The notes: generated from the letters alone by a model not told the origin. 64,000 bases of DNA from Candidatus Bathyarchaeota archaeon (GCA_963720565.1 CAVRFW010000013.1:74419-138418); one strand, 5' to 3'. Positions 31,805 through 42,691 are shown, counted from the stretch's first letter. A program made the numbers and translations.

Positions 31805-33266
31805 TTACCGTTTGACGGTTGCCTGATATGGGTCCGGCCTTATCCCAAGAGGGTTGCTCTCATTCGTCTTTTGTTTCCTGCGCTCACTTGCTGTTTTCTG
31901 GGTGTCGTGGTCTGGTATGATGGTTTCGACGTCACGTACGGTGCGGATGGCGTAGACACTGAGGCTGAATGCTGCGCCGAGCAGTCCGGTTAAAATGAAT
32001 ATGAGAGCCATGCCTGAACCTTCTCCAGTTCCCACAAGCCATCCAAAAACCGGTGCCAGCGAGCCTCCGGGCTTCATAGCCGGCTCGAACACCGCATCGG
32101 CAAGCAGACCTGCGAGTACCATTGCCGGTGGAGCTGAGACTTGGGCTATCAGGCGTCTGGTGGCAAACACTCGGCCTTGCAGGTCTGGTACCACTTTGGA
32201 CTGCCAGATAGCCTGATTTGAGGCGTTGATCACTGGGCTGACGAACATTCCTGCAAAGGACACTGGGATCCAGACCGTGGCGTCAGCACCAAGTCCCATT
32301 AGCACAGTACCTATAAGGTGGGACAGGGTCCAGCCGAGTAGGACTCCGTGGATACGGCGTTTGGGTCCACCCCAAATGGTGAGCACGATGCTTCCGACCA
32401 TTCCGCCGATGGCGGCGGCTGACATGACGCTACCGTAGATTATTGAGTTGTCGCCGGTTCTAGAGGACCATAGGCGCCAGGAGCGTGAAGTACATGCTGC
32501 CGAGGAAGTTGTTTGCCAGAAACGTCAGCTGCAAGCCCAACAGGCTGGGGTATTTGATGATGTACCGGAAGCCGTACAGTGATTCTTTCCAGAGGCTTCC
32601 CATGCTGCGACGTCCCTCCTCAGTAATCGGAGGCTTAGGCACGTATACCAGCAGTAGCATGGCTAAGGCCACCGAGAGCGTTGTGATGTCAATCATCATT
32701 ATGCCCTCGATACCTATGATGGTCAGCAGCAGGGCAGCAGCTATAGGGGCGAAGAAACCTGATGCAAACTCAGCCGTGGCCAGCATGCTCTGCGCACGTG
32801 CGTAATGCTTCTTGTGCACCATCATGGTTACGGCGGCTGAGTAGGCTGGAAAGTGGAAGGACTGGAAAGTGCCCGATATGGCTCCGGTAATGTAGAGCAT
32901 CCAGATCTGCAGGTTGCCTGAGGAGTACAGTAAGAGCAGCGCCACTGTGGGCAGACCCGCCGCCAGGTCAGCAAGCATCATTATCTTCTTCCTGTCGTAT
33001 CGATCCACGATTGCGCCAGCTACCGGGCTGAAAAGCACAACAGGCGCGAAACTTGCGAACCCCACGAACGCCAAGACGGTAGCTTGACCCGTGACCTGCC
33101 ACGCCCAAATAGTCAAAGCAAAACCCGTCATAGTCGTGCCCAGCAGAGACAGCATCTGACCAATCCAGACGACCGTGAACCCGAGCATGCCTGACCGACC
33201 GTGCTCAGCAGGCGACTTCGCAGCTCCCTCTGCCTTCGACTGCATAAACAACCCCCCTGACTTCAA
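31805..33266 (-). CDS. MFS transporter (DHA3/MefA-like), frameshift near 32450
   Basis: WIGQMLSLLG, AGAIVDRYDRKKIM, QAIWQSKV.PDLQGRVFA; multiple TM segments. Confidence 0.85.
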
Positions 33267-33507
33267 CGCGATTCTCCCCTTCTTTTAGGTCACAACAAGT
33301 TGCGTCCCCAGTATCGTTTGAAACACTCTTATGCCTTGCGGGAGATTGCAGATGTGCCGTCTGTCAGTAGAGCGCGTCTGATAGAACGATAGTTTCGTTC
33401 GATCTGAATTGTAAAAGAAAATGGATTGCGGAGTGGTTGTTGTTGCTGTGGTTTGTAGCGTCTGTTTTAAACTTGTTTCCGTTGTATTATTCTTTCAGAC
33501 AGCATTC

Positions 33508-33660
33508 CTATTCAGAGTTAAGCCAAAGCACAGCGCCTGCAAGCGAAATAGCCATGCCAAACGGGTAGTTTAACTCGACATTATAGGCAAAACCCTCAAA
33601 CATTACCACAAGACCAATAATCACGAGGAAAAATCCAATCAATTTCCTGCTAATCCTCAT
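33508..33660 (-). CDS. 50-aa two-TM membrane protein
   Basis: Manual translation MRISRKLIGFFLVIIGLVVMFEGFAYNVELNYPFGMAISLAGAVLWLNSE*. Confidence 0.5.
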   Translation of the reverse strand: MRISRKLIGFFLVIIGLVVMFEGFAYNVELNYPFGMAISLAGAVLWLNSE

Positions 33661-33792
33661 CCCAAACGAAACCAGCTACTTCAGTTCGCTTCAAGAGCTA
33701 CTTAACATTTTCTGTAAAGGAAAATTGACTGGTTTTGCCAAGTACATTTCACTAACTCCTATCCTACCGATAGGGTTCCACTGCACTTTCAA

Positions 33793-35208
33793 CTAATGTT
33801 GCCGTGTCTTAAATTCTCTGAACTTGCGCGGTAGCTTAACTCTGGAAATCGCAGCTGAAAATAATTCTCTTACTGCTGGAAACTCTGTAGCTTTTAGTAT
33901 ACTTACAATTTCGACTCTGCCAATTATCATGGCTATAATGAGAAGCCATTTGTATCCTAGCGGAAGCGCAATTGTGGTTGCGCCCATACTGATACCGTTC
34001 GTGGTCAGCGCAGATCCCACCTCGAACAATGAGTCAAGAAAGCTAATTCCTATCGTCATGAAAACCAGGCTGAGAATAATCAACACAGCAACGAAACCAA
34101 TTATAGATTCAATTATAGATTTTACCTCATCACGATTTGGCGCATCGTCGCTTTTGCATACTGCACTGATGAGCTTGTACACGCGTTGAATTCTTATTCC
34201 ACCGGCCATACTGAAAGTGCAGCCTCCCACCAATCCTATTATTATGAAAACAATTTTTGCTGCAAGAGGCGTCCCGGACACACTCAGGTACTCGATGCCG
34301 CTTGATGACGACATTGTTATAACATGAAATAGGGCATCAAAAGGATTTATCCAAGCAAGGAGCGAGATGGCAACCGTGAAGATGGCGATTGCTGCGAGGT
34401 AAATTTTAATTTCTGGAGTCAAGAGCTCTCGAAGTCTCAACCGGAAGAGGTTGTAGTGAAAGCGGAAGTTAAATGATCCAATCAGCATGAGAACAATTAT
34501 GCTTATTTGGAACACACCGATCCCTGCTGTCACGTTTGGCTGATATCCTCCGGTCAACACGTCTATTGCGGCGCAACTTGCAGTTACTAAGTTATTATCA
34601 TATGTGACATAGAAGATTCCAGTGAACGTAACAACAAAAAGGGTGTAAACCAATAGTATCGAGGCGAAGACTTTCTTGAGGTTGTCGCCAAGTATTTCAA
34701 TCCCGAAGGCTTCACCAAAGGCTCCAAGCTCATCTTTAGGATACAAGAAAGCCGCGAGAATGTAGATAAAACCTATTCCCCCTATAAATTCGATAAAACT
34801 GCGATAGAAAAACAATGAGACGGGTAAAAACTGAGGTTGCGCGATCATGCTGAAACCAGTTGTTGTGAAGCCGCTGACAACCTCGAAATAGGCATTCGTG
34901 AAAAGTTCAAACACGTTACTGCTGTTGAAAACATTGTTCCAAACATATGGAATCGCAAGCACAAGCGGAATGACCATGAAAGTCAAGAGCAGCAGCCAAA
35001 GAGATGTTTTTTCATCTAGGTCTTTGCGTTCACAAAATGAATTGAAGACAAAGCCAGCTCCGAACGCGAGGAAACATGTAGTTACTAAACTTGCGACAGC
35101 TGTTAATTCGCCGTGTTGGAAGCCTATACCGATTGGCAGGAACAATAACAAGCCTACTATTTGGAGAAGAAAACCGATATTCGCAACAATTCGGCGCATG
35201 CCTTCCAA
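33793..35208 (-). CDS. trkH: TrkH-family potassium uptake membrane protein
   Basis: FEVVSGFTTTGFS, IGGIG, GGCTFSMAGGIR, SALTTNGISMG, IIGRVEI. Confidence 0.88.
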   Translation of the reverse strand: MEGMRRIVANIGFLLQIVGLLLFLPIGIGFQHGELTAVASLVTTCFLAFGAGFVFNSFCERKDLDEKTSLWLLLLTFMVIPLVLAIPYVWNNVFNSSNVFELFTNAYFEVVSGFTTTGFSMIAQPQFLPVSLFFYRSFIEFIGGIGFIYILAAFLYPKDELGAFGEAFGIEILGDNLKKVFASILLVYTLFVVTFTGIFYVTYDNNLVTASCAAIDVLTGGYQPNVTAGIGVFQISIIVLMLIGSFNFRFHYNLFRLRLRELLTPEIKIYLAAIAIFTVAISLLAWINPFDALFHVITMSSSSGIEYLSVSGTPLAAKIVFIIIGLVGGCTFSMAGGIRIQRVYKLISAVCKSDDAPNRDEVKSIIESIIGFVAVLIILSLVFMTIGISFLDSLFEVGSALTTNGISMGATTIALPLGYKWLLIIAMIIGRVEIVSILKATEFPAVRELFSAAISRVKLPRKFREFKTRQH

Positions 35209-35249
35209 AATTTATGCCCCAGTCTGTCAATTCCTACTTTGTTACTTTC

Positions 35250-36563
35250 TTAGGTTTCGAAGTAATGTTGAATTGCATTATAACCCTTTCTCAATGAAAG
35301 CGCGTGCTTTTTGGCTCTGTTTCTCAGCAGATACAAAACCGAACTGACGATAGTAACAACTGCGGCAACACCCCAAGATTCCGGCGGCAAAGAAAACATT
35401 AGAATTATGCAGCTGATAATACCGAGTGAAGGAATCAAAGGATGGTAAGGAACCTTGAATTTTGCAGGGGTCGGAATCTTCTTCCTCAATCGTATCGCAG
35501 AAAGGTTTACAATCAGATGGGTCGCAAGGATTGCGAAACTCGTTATTGCAACCGTCTGTCTTAAATCCAATGCAAAAGCTAAAACCGTTAATAGCGCACC
35601 CATTGCAAGAACAGAAATGTAGGGGGTCCCGAACTTTGATGAAACTCTCGCGATTGACTTCGGTAATTGACCATTCCTTGCCATCGCAAACGCGACCCTC
35701 GACGAACCAATGAGATTTGTCAAAAGAACGCTTGCGGTGGCGATCAATGCCCCAACAGAAACGGCGGCAACTAATGGGAGGTTTCCTGTTGCTTCTGCTG
35801 CAGTTGCAAGTGGCGAACCAGACTGTGCAAGGATTCTATAGTCTTGGAGCCCCGTCGCCGTAAGACCAGTCAAAACATACATTACGACAGACACTACCAG
35901 AGCAATTAAAACAGACAACGGCAAATTCCTTTCGGGATTCTTGACTTCTTCACCGAGCGTTGCTATTCTTCCAAAACCAAGGTAAGCAAAGAAGATGAAT
36001 CCTGCCCCTTGAAGAATCCCAGACAAACCGTTTGGGCTAAACTGAGAGAGATTCTGCGGATGGAAATGGAAAATTCCGAATCCAATAAAGAGACCGAGAA
36101 CCGCAATTTTCAACATGACCAAGACATTGTTGACTGTGGTAGATTGTTTTGTTCCGACGAGGTTCAAAAAGGTCAATGTTAATGCAGCTACGACCGCAAC
36201 AATCTTGAGAGAGAACATCGGAAAAATCGCCACAAAATAGCTTGCAAATCCCAAACTAATAGCTGCCCCCGCTACAATCTGAGCGAATAGCCACAAACAT
36301 CCAACGACGAAAGCCGCAAATGGGGAAATCAACTCGTATGCGTAAGTGTAGGAGCCGCCTTCTTTTGGAATTGCTGAACCCAATTCGGCAAAGCTGAAAG
36401 CAGTAAAAGAGGCAACTATACCAGCGACAATTATGGAAATGACGACGGCTGGTCCAGCATAACCAATAGCTAGACCTAGGACGACAAAAATTCCAGCGCC
36501 GATTATTGCTCCAATGCCTACTGCTGTAGCATCCAGAAGATTAAGGGTTCTTTTGAGTCCCAC
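35250..36563 (-). CDS. APC-family amino acid permease
   Basis: GIGAIIGAGIF, FAELGSAIP..GGSY, FFAYLGF..GEEVKNPERN. Confidence 0.92.
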   Translation of the reverse strand: MGLKRTLNLLDATAVGIGAIIGAGIFVVLGLAIGYAGPAVVISIIVAGIVASFTAFSFAELGSAIPKEGGSYTYAYELISPFAAFVVGCLWLFAQIVAGAAISLGFASYFVAIFPMFSLKIVAVVAALTLTFLNLVGTKQSTTVNNVLVMLKIAVLGLFIGFGIFHFHPQNLSQFSPNGLSGILQGAGFIFFAYLGFGRIATLGEEVKNPERNLPLSVLIALVVSVVMYVLTGLTATGLQDYRILAQSGSPLATAAEATGNLPLVAAVSVGALIATASVLLTNLIGSSRVAFAMARNGQLPKSIARVSSKFGTPYISVLAMGALLTVLAFALDLRQTVAITSFAILATHLIVNLSAIRLRKKIPTPAKFKVPYHPLIPSLGIISCIILMFSLPPESWGVAAVVTIVSSVLYLLRNRAKKHALSLRKGYNAIQHYFET

Positions 36564-36661
36564 GATTTATCACTTTTTGCACCAAGATCGATCTGAAAGG
36601 AATCACAACAAGTTCGCTCCAAACGTTGAGTCAAAATGCAAATATTCTACTAGCTTAACCA

Positions 36662-37027
36662 TCAAGGCTGGGATTTTGCCAGCTCCTGTTTCTCGTTGAG
36701 CTGGTCCAGCAAAACTTCACGCATCATATCACAGGCCTGATTGATTTTGGGATTGGCAGTTCGGTAGAAAATGCTTGACCCCTGTTTCCTTGTCTTCACA
36801 ATTCCTCTCTGTCTCAATAGAGCCAAGTGCTGAGAAAGGTTCGACTGGTGTGCACCAAATATTTCAGCAAGCTCGTTCACCGTTTTCTCCCCGTCTCTCA
36901 GAGAATGCAAAATGGCAAGCCGAAGAGGGTGAGCAAGAGTTTTAGAAATTTCAGCCTGCAACTCATAAATTGCCATATCAAACTTCCCTTTTTCCACAAC
37001 AGCCACTCCATGCGAATATTCTAACAT
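36662..37027 (-). CDS. ArsR/SmtB transcriptional regulator
   Basis: KTLAHPLRLAIL..GEKTVNEL..QSNLSQHLALLRQRGIV..RKQG; the true start is probably further in. Confidence 0.9.
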   Translation of the reverse strand: MLEYSHGVAVVEKGKFDMAIYELQAEISKTLAHPLRLAILHSLRDGEKTVNELAEIFGAHQSNLSQHLALLRQRGIVKTRKQGSSIFYRTANPKINQACDMMREVLLDQLNEKQELAKSQP

Positions 37028-37124
37028 TATTGCACTCTCTTAAGCCTTATCGGCTTGAAAACAAAACAAGGCAAAAAACTTTGGATATTCATTATTCTTT
37101 TATCGCATCTCAAATTGCTGCCGA

Positions 37125-37931
37125 TTATTGTATAAACATACCATGCCAAGTGTGATACCAGACCTGACCGGTCAAGTCGTTAACGCTTAGCATTCCGTAA
37201 GTCGTGCCGTTGCTGAGAACTTCGAATGTGTAGTATCCATAGAACGTTGTTGCGTCTCCGACTGTTGTGCCTTGCAGATAACTGTTTAGGTATTGCTGTG
37301 CATTGGTTTCGGCTTGTTCAACGGTAATTGTCGGAGTTGTTGTTGCGGATCCTTTGTACCAGTTGCAGTATCCCGTTTTAAAGGTGTATTTGGTGTTCCA
37401 CATCATGTTTGGACCCATTTCAGGTCTGACTACACCAGTGTTCTTGTTGATTAGCAGTTCAAAGGCACCGTATCCTGTGCTCTTCTCGCCGACTTGCACG
37501 TAGAAGTTTTCGGTGAACTCCTCGACTTCGTTAACAGTTAGATCAGGGTTGTTTAGCGAAGCGACGTAAGTGTTTGCTACTTCACTTGCTAGGCCTATCG
37601 TTAGAGGTGCTGTTGCCGTTCCGGTTGTCGGGTTGCCAAAGGGCCCATTGCCCCATCGTCCGAAGCATCCTCCCCATCCTCCGTTGAACCGATATCCGGG
37701 AGTAACGACTTGTGTGTTTGGCGCGTACAGTGTGGGTGTTTGTGTGTTTGTCTCCGTGACTGGGGGCAGGTATTTTGTTGGCGGCGTTGTCGGTGCAAAC
37801 GTTGGTCTTGTGAAGGGGCTGTTTGTTGCTGGTCTAAATCCCCACCAGCAAAATGCGTAAGCTGAAGCTGCAGTCAGCACTATTGCTGTCAATGCCAGAG
37901 CTGCGATTGTGCCTATTTTAAAAGTTTTCAT
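37125..37931 (-). CDS. secreted protein with PepSY-like domains
   Basis: Signal peptide; EVEEFTENFY..GAFELLI..GVVRPEMGPNMMWNTKY; FYGYYT..GMLSVN..TGQVWYHTWHG. Confidence 0.7.
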   Translation of the reverse strand: MKTFKIGTIAALALTAIVLTAASAYAFCWWGFRPATNSPFTRPTFAPTTPPTKYLPPVTETNTQTPTLYAPNTQVVTPGYRFNGGWGGCFGRWGNGPFGNPTTGTATAPLTIGLASEVANTYVASLNNPDLTVNEVEEFTENFYVQVGEKSTGYGAFELLINKNTGVVRPEMGPNMMWNTKYTFKTGYCNWYKGSATTTPTITVEQAETNAQQYLNSYLQGTTVGDATTFYGYYTFEVLSNGTTYGMLSVNDLTGQVWYHTWHGMFIQ

Positions 37932-38323
37932 TCCATTTCACCATATTCTAATATAATAACATTGAAGTATAACGGGCTTATAAATCTGCCTACCCTACGA
38001 CAGCAAATTACACATAACCATCCCAGAGCACGAAAAACTATCAATTAACTCCAAATCTGGTTAAATTAGACATGCTCTGCAAGGTAGTGGGCTTCTGAAA
38101 CCCAAGCTCTCCGCAAGGAGGCATTAATACTCATTAGGACGCCCGCAGAAAAATAGTGGAAGGAAAATTGAGAATGCAAATCTCAACAACTAATACCCTA
38201 TCAAGAATTTAGTTTAGAGACCTCTTTACCCCGAATCTCTTCCATCCAGCTTTCTCTGATTTATCCTTCACGTTCAATTTAAACAGTAATAGCGCCTTAA
38301 AAAAGGGGGTATTTGAAAGTTTA

Positions 38324-38386
38324 TTGCCTTCAAGCTGTTTAACGTTTTCTGAGCAGTAGCGCTAGTACAACACCGACTATTGCTAT
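38324..38386 (-). pseudogene. orphan 3' end (TM anchor, stop, terminator start) of a paralog of the 1484-4228 gene
   Basis: 54/63 nt identical to 4181-4243; reads IAIVGVVLALLLRKR*. Confidence 0.65.
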
Positions 38387-38467
38387 TACCACGAATAAGC
38401 CGATTAAAAAGGCTCGCGCGAAAATTATTAAAGGACTATTACACATACCATACTTATGGGAACATAA

Positions 38468-38560
38468 ATGCCAAAAAAAGAGAAACCGTTAACCAAGAAA
38501 GAGCGAGACGAGAAAAGAAAGAAACGCAAAGAAAAGCAAAGCAAAACGCAGACTTCTTAA
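38468..38560 (+). CDS. 30-aa Lys/Arg-rich small ORF
   Basis: MPKKEKPLTKKERDEKRKKRKEKQSKTQTS*. Confidence 0.4.
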   Translation: MPKKEKPLTKKERDEKRKKRKEKQSKTQTS

Positions 38561-38731
38561 GCCCCAACCAAGAGCTTTGCTATACCCTTTTTCTCTTTTA
38601 TCCATAATGTTGGATTCTTTACTGAATTGAAGAAAAGGCTGCTAGTTTCGGATATTATGGTATTTCTCAATTACTGGGAAGGAAAAGCGTTTTTAGCTTG
38701 ATTGTTTATTGAATATTTGTAGTTGATATTT

Positions 38732-38860
38732 ATGCCGAGTGTAGCGACACGTAAAGCAAAGAATACTCAGAAAGCACAACAGAAAAAAATGGAACGGGAA
38801 AAAGAAGCGAAAAAGAAACAGTTAAGACAGCAACTTCCTGCCAAGGGCAAGAAACGCTAA
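38732..38860 (+). CDS. 42-aa basic small ORF
   Basis: MPSVATRKAKNTQKAQQKKMEREKEAKKKQLRQQLPAKGKKR*. Confidence 0.45.
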   Translation: MPSVATRKAKNTQKAQQKKMEREKEAKKKQLRQQLPAKGKKR

Positions 38861-39019
38861 AGCTACAAACTGAGCTACGGTTACCAATTAAAAGCTTAGT
38901 GCGCGCGCGAACGTCCCCCTACGGGAACCTTGCTGGCAGTTTTCTGCATAGCACCCATTCTAACCCGCCCGGTTTCTTTTAATAGGATACTTTGCCAATT
39001 ATTGATGGGAGTAATAACT

Positions 39020-39226
39020 ATGGTCACAAGAGGTGCACGTAGGATAGGTAGGACGATAAGGAAGCTGGGTAACAGTGTAGAGCTCAGCTCGAAAGAAAGC
39101 ACGGCGAAGGAATCAGAGAAGAAATACCGAGAGAAAGCTCGAAAGCTCTCGGGATATGATGAGGACTCGCCGGTTCAAAGCATTCGCGACCCGCTCATTG
39201 ATAGCAGAGAATCAACAGTATCATAA
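39020..39226 (+). CDS. small hypothetical protein
   Basis: MVTRGARRIGRTIRKLG...; GGGAG upstream. Confidence 0.45.
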   Translation: MVTRGARRIGRTIRKLGNSVELSSKESTAKESEKKYREKARKLSGYDEDSPVQSIRDPLIDSRESTVS

Positions 39227-39375
39227 GCGTCTTGAAACCAATACGCCGGCTTCCTTGCATTCTCCATAGTTTTGAGGTATATGGTTAATTTCGATTTGGA
39301 ATTTTGACTTTTTTGTGCGTAACTTAAAATAGTGGCTGACTAAATTTATTGGACAAAATTTGACGTGGGAAACTA

Positions 39376-40050
39376 TTGCCGAAGACAGCCACAAAAAAAG
39401 AAAAAGCAATGGGACTCGGAGCTGTTGTATTGATTGGGTCTTTGGGTTTCATGATTCTGTTTGTCGGAAGCCTTAGACTTGGCACAGATATTATTCATGT
39501 GGCTTGCGTCGGTGATAGCATTACAGAGGGCTCAGGATATCCGTCAAACCTGCAGGCAATGCTTGGCAATGCCTATTTTGTTGGTAATTTCGGCGTTACT
39601 GGTTCCGCGGTGTCTTCAGATTCAGACACACCTTACATTAGTCAGTCTGCATTCCTTAGAGGGAAATCGTTCCAACCTTCGATCGTAATCATTATGCTAG
39701 GCACCAATGATGCTGCAGAAAGCTTGAACAGTTCAATCGCAGATTTCACAACTGATTACAGGAACTTGGTCAAGGAGTATCAGAGCCTCGAAAGCAACCC
39801 TGAAATTTGGCTTGTGAATCCTCCTCCGCTTTTTGAGAACAATCTCAATCTCAGCAACACGAATCTGCTGCGGAACATTATCCCGAGCATTGAACAAGTT
39901 GCAGTCGAGCTTGATTTGCAGGTGATCGACGTTAACGCGGCCTTGGAGGATTGTCCGGAATATTTTGGGGATGGCGTTCATCCTAACACTGAAGGCGCAG
40001 CACTCATCGCCAGAACTGTATGTCAAACCGTGGGTTCTGCCAAGGTGTGA
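39376..40050 (+). CDS. SGNH/GDSL hydrolase
   Basis: ACVGDSITEG, NFGVTG, MLGTND, DGVHPN. Confidence 0.9.
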   Translation: MPKTATKKEKAMGLGAVVLIGSLGFMILFVGSLRLGTDIIHVACVGDSITEGSGYPSNLQAMLGNAYFVGNFGVTGSAVSSDSDTPYISQSAFLRGKSFQPSIVIIMLGTNDAAESLNSSIADFTTDYRNLVKEYQSLESNPEIWLVNPPPLFENNLNLSNTNLLRNIIPSIEQVAVELDLQVIDVNAALEDCPEYFGDGVHPNTEGAALIARTVCQTVGSAKV

Positions 40051-40347
40051 AGAAACGACAATTAATGGTTAATCGCCATTTTTCGCCAGAAGTTTTGAGG
40101 TTCCCATAATTGCAGCCGTTACGCTGATCTGTCTAGCAGTCATAATCCCTCTCAAGAAGGCACCCGCAATCAAAAGGCTAATTGGCTAACGATAAACGTG
40201 GGCACTTCAATCCTGTCTGACTCATATGGTCTTTCCGCTTTTTTCACTCGATCATGGAATCACATGTTTTATACATAGCGTCTAGTTTGTAGAACAAACC
40301 GTTCTGCAACATGGTATTTTATAGAAAGAGTTGCGAAACACAAACAG

Positions 40348-41145
40348 GTGGAGGTGAGACAAATGAGTTTTGATAATAATCGCCTAGCCTTGACAAAAAT
40401 TCAAGCAATCTTGTGCGTGATTGTTCTAGCGTCTTCAATTGTACTCGTCGCGTACGGTCTCAATGCTCTCAGCGCGGAGCCTGCACTTTTCTTCTTAACC
40501 ATAAAAAACAGACCTGCATCCTTCGGTGAGGCTTTTTATGCAGTTCCAAACCAAAAATTCCTTCTGCTGGTGACTGTTGGAGAGGAGGACCAAAGCAACA
40601 TCGAAGCCAAAACTGTTGCGATAACAGCTGCATCACCAGGCTGCGAGGTAACAGTCTATCCCCAAGCAATATCTCCCGGACAAGTTGGCGAGGTCACAGT
40701 TATACCCAACGAGGGTCAAGTGGGCAAGAATGTAACGGTAACGATTCAGGGAGAAAGAGGCGGAACCAGCCAGACAGAGACAATCACTTTTGAAGTCATA
40801 GAAGAGGAAGACAGAGAGGCAACTTTGGGTCCCGAAGCTATTCTGATGCGTGACAAGTTCGTTCAGTGGTTTGCACTGGAACATCAAGAGTTTGCCATTA
40901 CAAACGAGACTGTGTGGACTGGCACCGTAGTTAACCCCAGGGTCTTGGTGGTAATGCACTACATGTTTCTCTCCGAGGACTGGGAAATGTACGTCACATG
41001 GCACGTAATGATACCACCCTACGACTGGTCACGCGTTTACTTGAGACCGAGATACAACGCAACTGCGCCCACCTATGCTTTCGAGATATCTTCAATTCAG
41101 GGACAAGCTGAACCACAAGCAATCGAGATTCCCGACTGGGTATAA
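40348..41145 (+). CDS. membrane-anchored hypothetical protein
   Basis: ALTKIQAILCVIVLA N-terminus resembling a class III/pilin-like signal, followed by an Ig-like region. Confidence 0.65.
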   Translation: MEVRQMSFDNNRLALTKIQAILCVIVLASSIVLVAYGLNALSAEPALFFLTIKNRPASFGEAFYAVPNQKFLLLVTVGEEDQSNIEAKTVAITAASPGCEVTVYPQAISPGQVGEVTVIPNEGQVGKNVTVTIQGERGGTSQTETITFEVIEEEDREATLGPEAILMRDKFVQWFALEHQEFAITNETVWTGTVVNPRVLVVMHYMFLSEDWEMYVTWHVMIPPYDWSRVYLRPRYNATAPTYAFEISSIQGQAEPQAIEIPDWV

Positions 41146-41268
41146 AACAGAAATCAGTTTACTAGGGCTGCAACACCGTTTGCTGCCCATCATGTTTTAT
41201 TAGGCGTTGCCATAAGGCTTATCAGGTTGACCCTTGCTTCCTGCGGTAATTCGCAGGTTACGTGTCGT

Positions 41269-42234
41269 ATGGGAAATCTTATAGTTGCTGTGATAGGCGC
41301 ATCTGGTTACGCTGATAGTCTTGGCAAAAAAGGTACGGCCACGGACATAATTCTTTATGACTTGAAAAGAGGCACTGATTCCATCACGTTTATCGAACCC
41401 ACGAAATATCCGGAGAGAATTGCCCCGCTTTTCTATGCTGTAGCAATGGCCGATAAGGCAGTGGTTGTCGTGGACGAGTTGAACGCAACTTTTGGCGAAT
41501 GCTTGGTGATGCTCCAGTGCTCCAACATTAAAGGCGGCTGCTTCATTCTAAGAAACTATTTGACTCGAGACAAAATCGAACCTTTGATAAGGGGAACCTG
41601 CCTGGAAAAGTTTGAGTTTGCCGAGGACAACCCAGCGTTGTTGAGAGAGCGCTTCATAGCTGAAGCTGCCCAACAAGAGCCAGAAACCGAAGTCGAAAGC
41701 GGCGTTGGAACTGTGCCTGTGGATCACGCGTTTAACGTGAAGGGCGTCGGCCCCGTGATTCTCGGTACCGTAACAAGTGGCAGCGTCATGAAGCATGATG
41801 CAATGCAGGTTCTTCCTGGAGGAAAAACGGCGCAGGTCCGCTCGATTCAGAAGCAAGATGACGAGTTTGACTCGGCGTATGAAGGAGACCGGGTCGGTCT
41901 TGCATTGAGAAACGTTGAGGTTGCAGACCTGGACAGGGGAACAGTCTTAACGCGGGATCCCGCTGTTAAGTGTTCAAAGTTGTTGGATACGCATGCATTG
42001 CTGGTTAAGTATTGGCCGGCGAAAATCAAGACGGGTATGATTTTGCATGTGGGGCATTGGATGCAATTCATCAACGGCAGGGTTGAAGCCGTCAGCGACG
42101 AGGGAGACTGGCGCAAACCTATTCTAACAGTAGCCTTGGACAGGGAACTGATACATCGGCCAGGCGACCAAGCTGTGCTGATGCATTTGGAAGGCGGAAA
42201 ACTGCGCGTAGCCGGCACGATAGAGCTGCCCTAA
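41269..42234 (+). CDS. SelB/EF-Tu-like protein with a degenerate G domain (aSelBL-like)
   Basis: Domain II PVDHAFNVKGVGPVILG...VRSIQKQD...GDRVGLALRNV..LDRG; no GxxxxGKS/T, DxxG or NKxD. Confidence 0.8.
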   Translation: MGNLIVAVIGASGYADSLGKKGTATDIILYDLKRGTDSITFIEPTKYPERIAPLFYAVAMADKAVVVVDELNATFGECLVMLQCSNIKGGCFILRNYLTRDKIEPLIRGTCLEKFEFAEDNPALLRERFIAEAAQQEPETEVESGVGTVPVDHAFNVKGVGPVILGTVTSGSVMKHDAMQVLPGGKTAQVRSIQKQDDEFDSAYEGDRVGLALRNVEVADLDRGTVLTRDPAVKCSKLLDTHALLVKYWPAKIKTGMILHVGHWMQFINGRVEAVSDEGDWRKPILTVALDRELIHRPGDQAVLMHLEGGKLRVAGTIELP

Positions 42235-42270
42235 CTGCTTGCTCAAATCCATCTTGCTTTTTTGGTTAGT

Positions 42271-42684
42271 TTATGTGCCTATTTTTTCTCTGAGAGTCTG
42301 CAGGTAAGCTGCTAGGCTTTCGATGCATTGGATGTCTCTTCTCAGCAGGCCTTGAAGCTCCTTCCACAGTGTTATGTTCGGTGTTATGCCCGATCGTTCC
42401 AGACTCTGTTTTAGCTTCTTTGTTCCTTCTTTGCCTCGTCGGTCAAAATCAAGAAACAGTATGACCTCTCTTCTGCCCAATTGTTCAAGTTCTGTGACAA
42501 CGTCCAAGAATGATTTGCCGCCTGTTTTGGCCGCAAGCAATACGCCTTCAACACCTAGCGTGAGCAGGGTTTCGACGTCTTTTTTTCCCTCAACGATTAT
42601 GGGAGTGCCGTTTGCCGATTCTGCTTTTAATGCTTCCAGGATTTCTTGGATTCTTTCTTCTTTGTCCTTTAGGCGAGTTGACAA
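42271..42684 (-). CDS. small TOPRIM domain protein
   Basis: IIVEGKKD, ILFLDFDRRG. Confidence 0.85.
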   Translation of the reverse strand: MSTRLKDKEERIQEILEALKAESANGTPIIVEGKKDVETLLTLGVEGVLLAAKTGGKSFLDVVTELEQLGRREVILFLDFDRRGKEGTKKLKQSLERSGITPNITLWKELQGLLRRDIQCIESLAAYLQTLREKIGT

Positions 42685-42691
42685 TCGGGGT

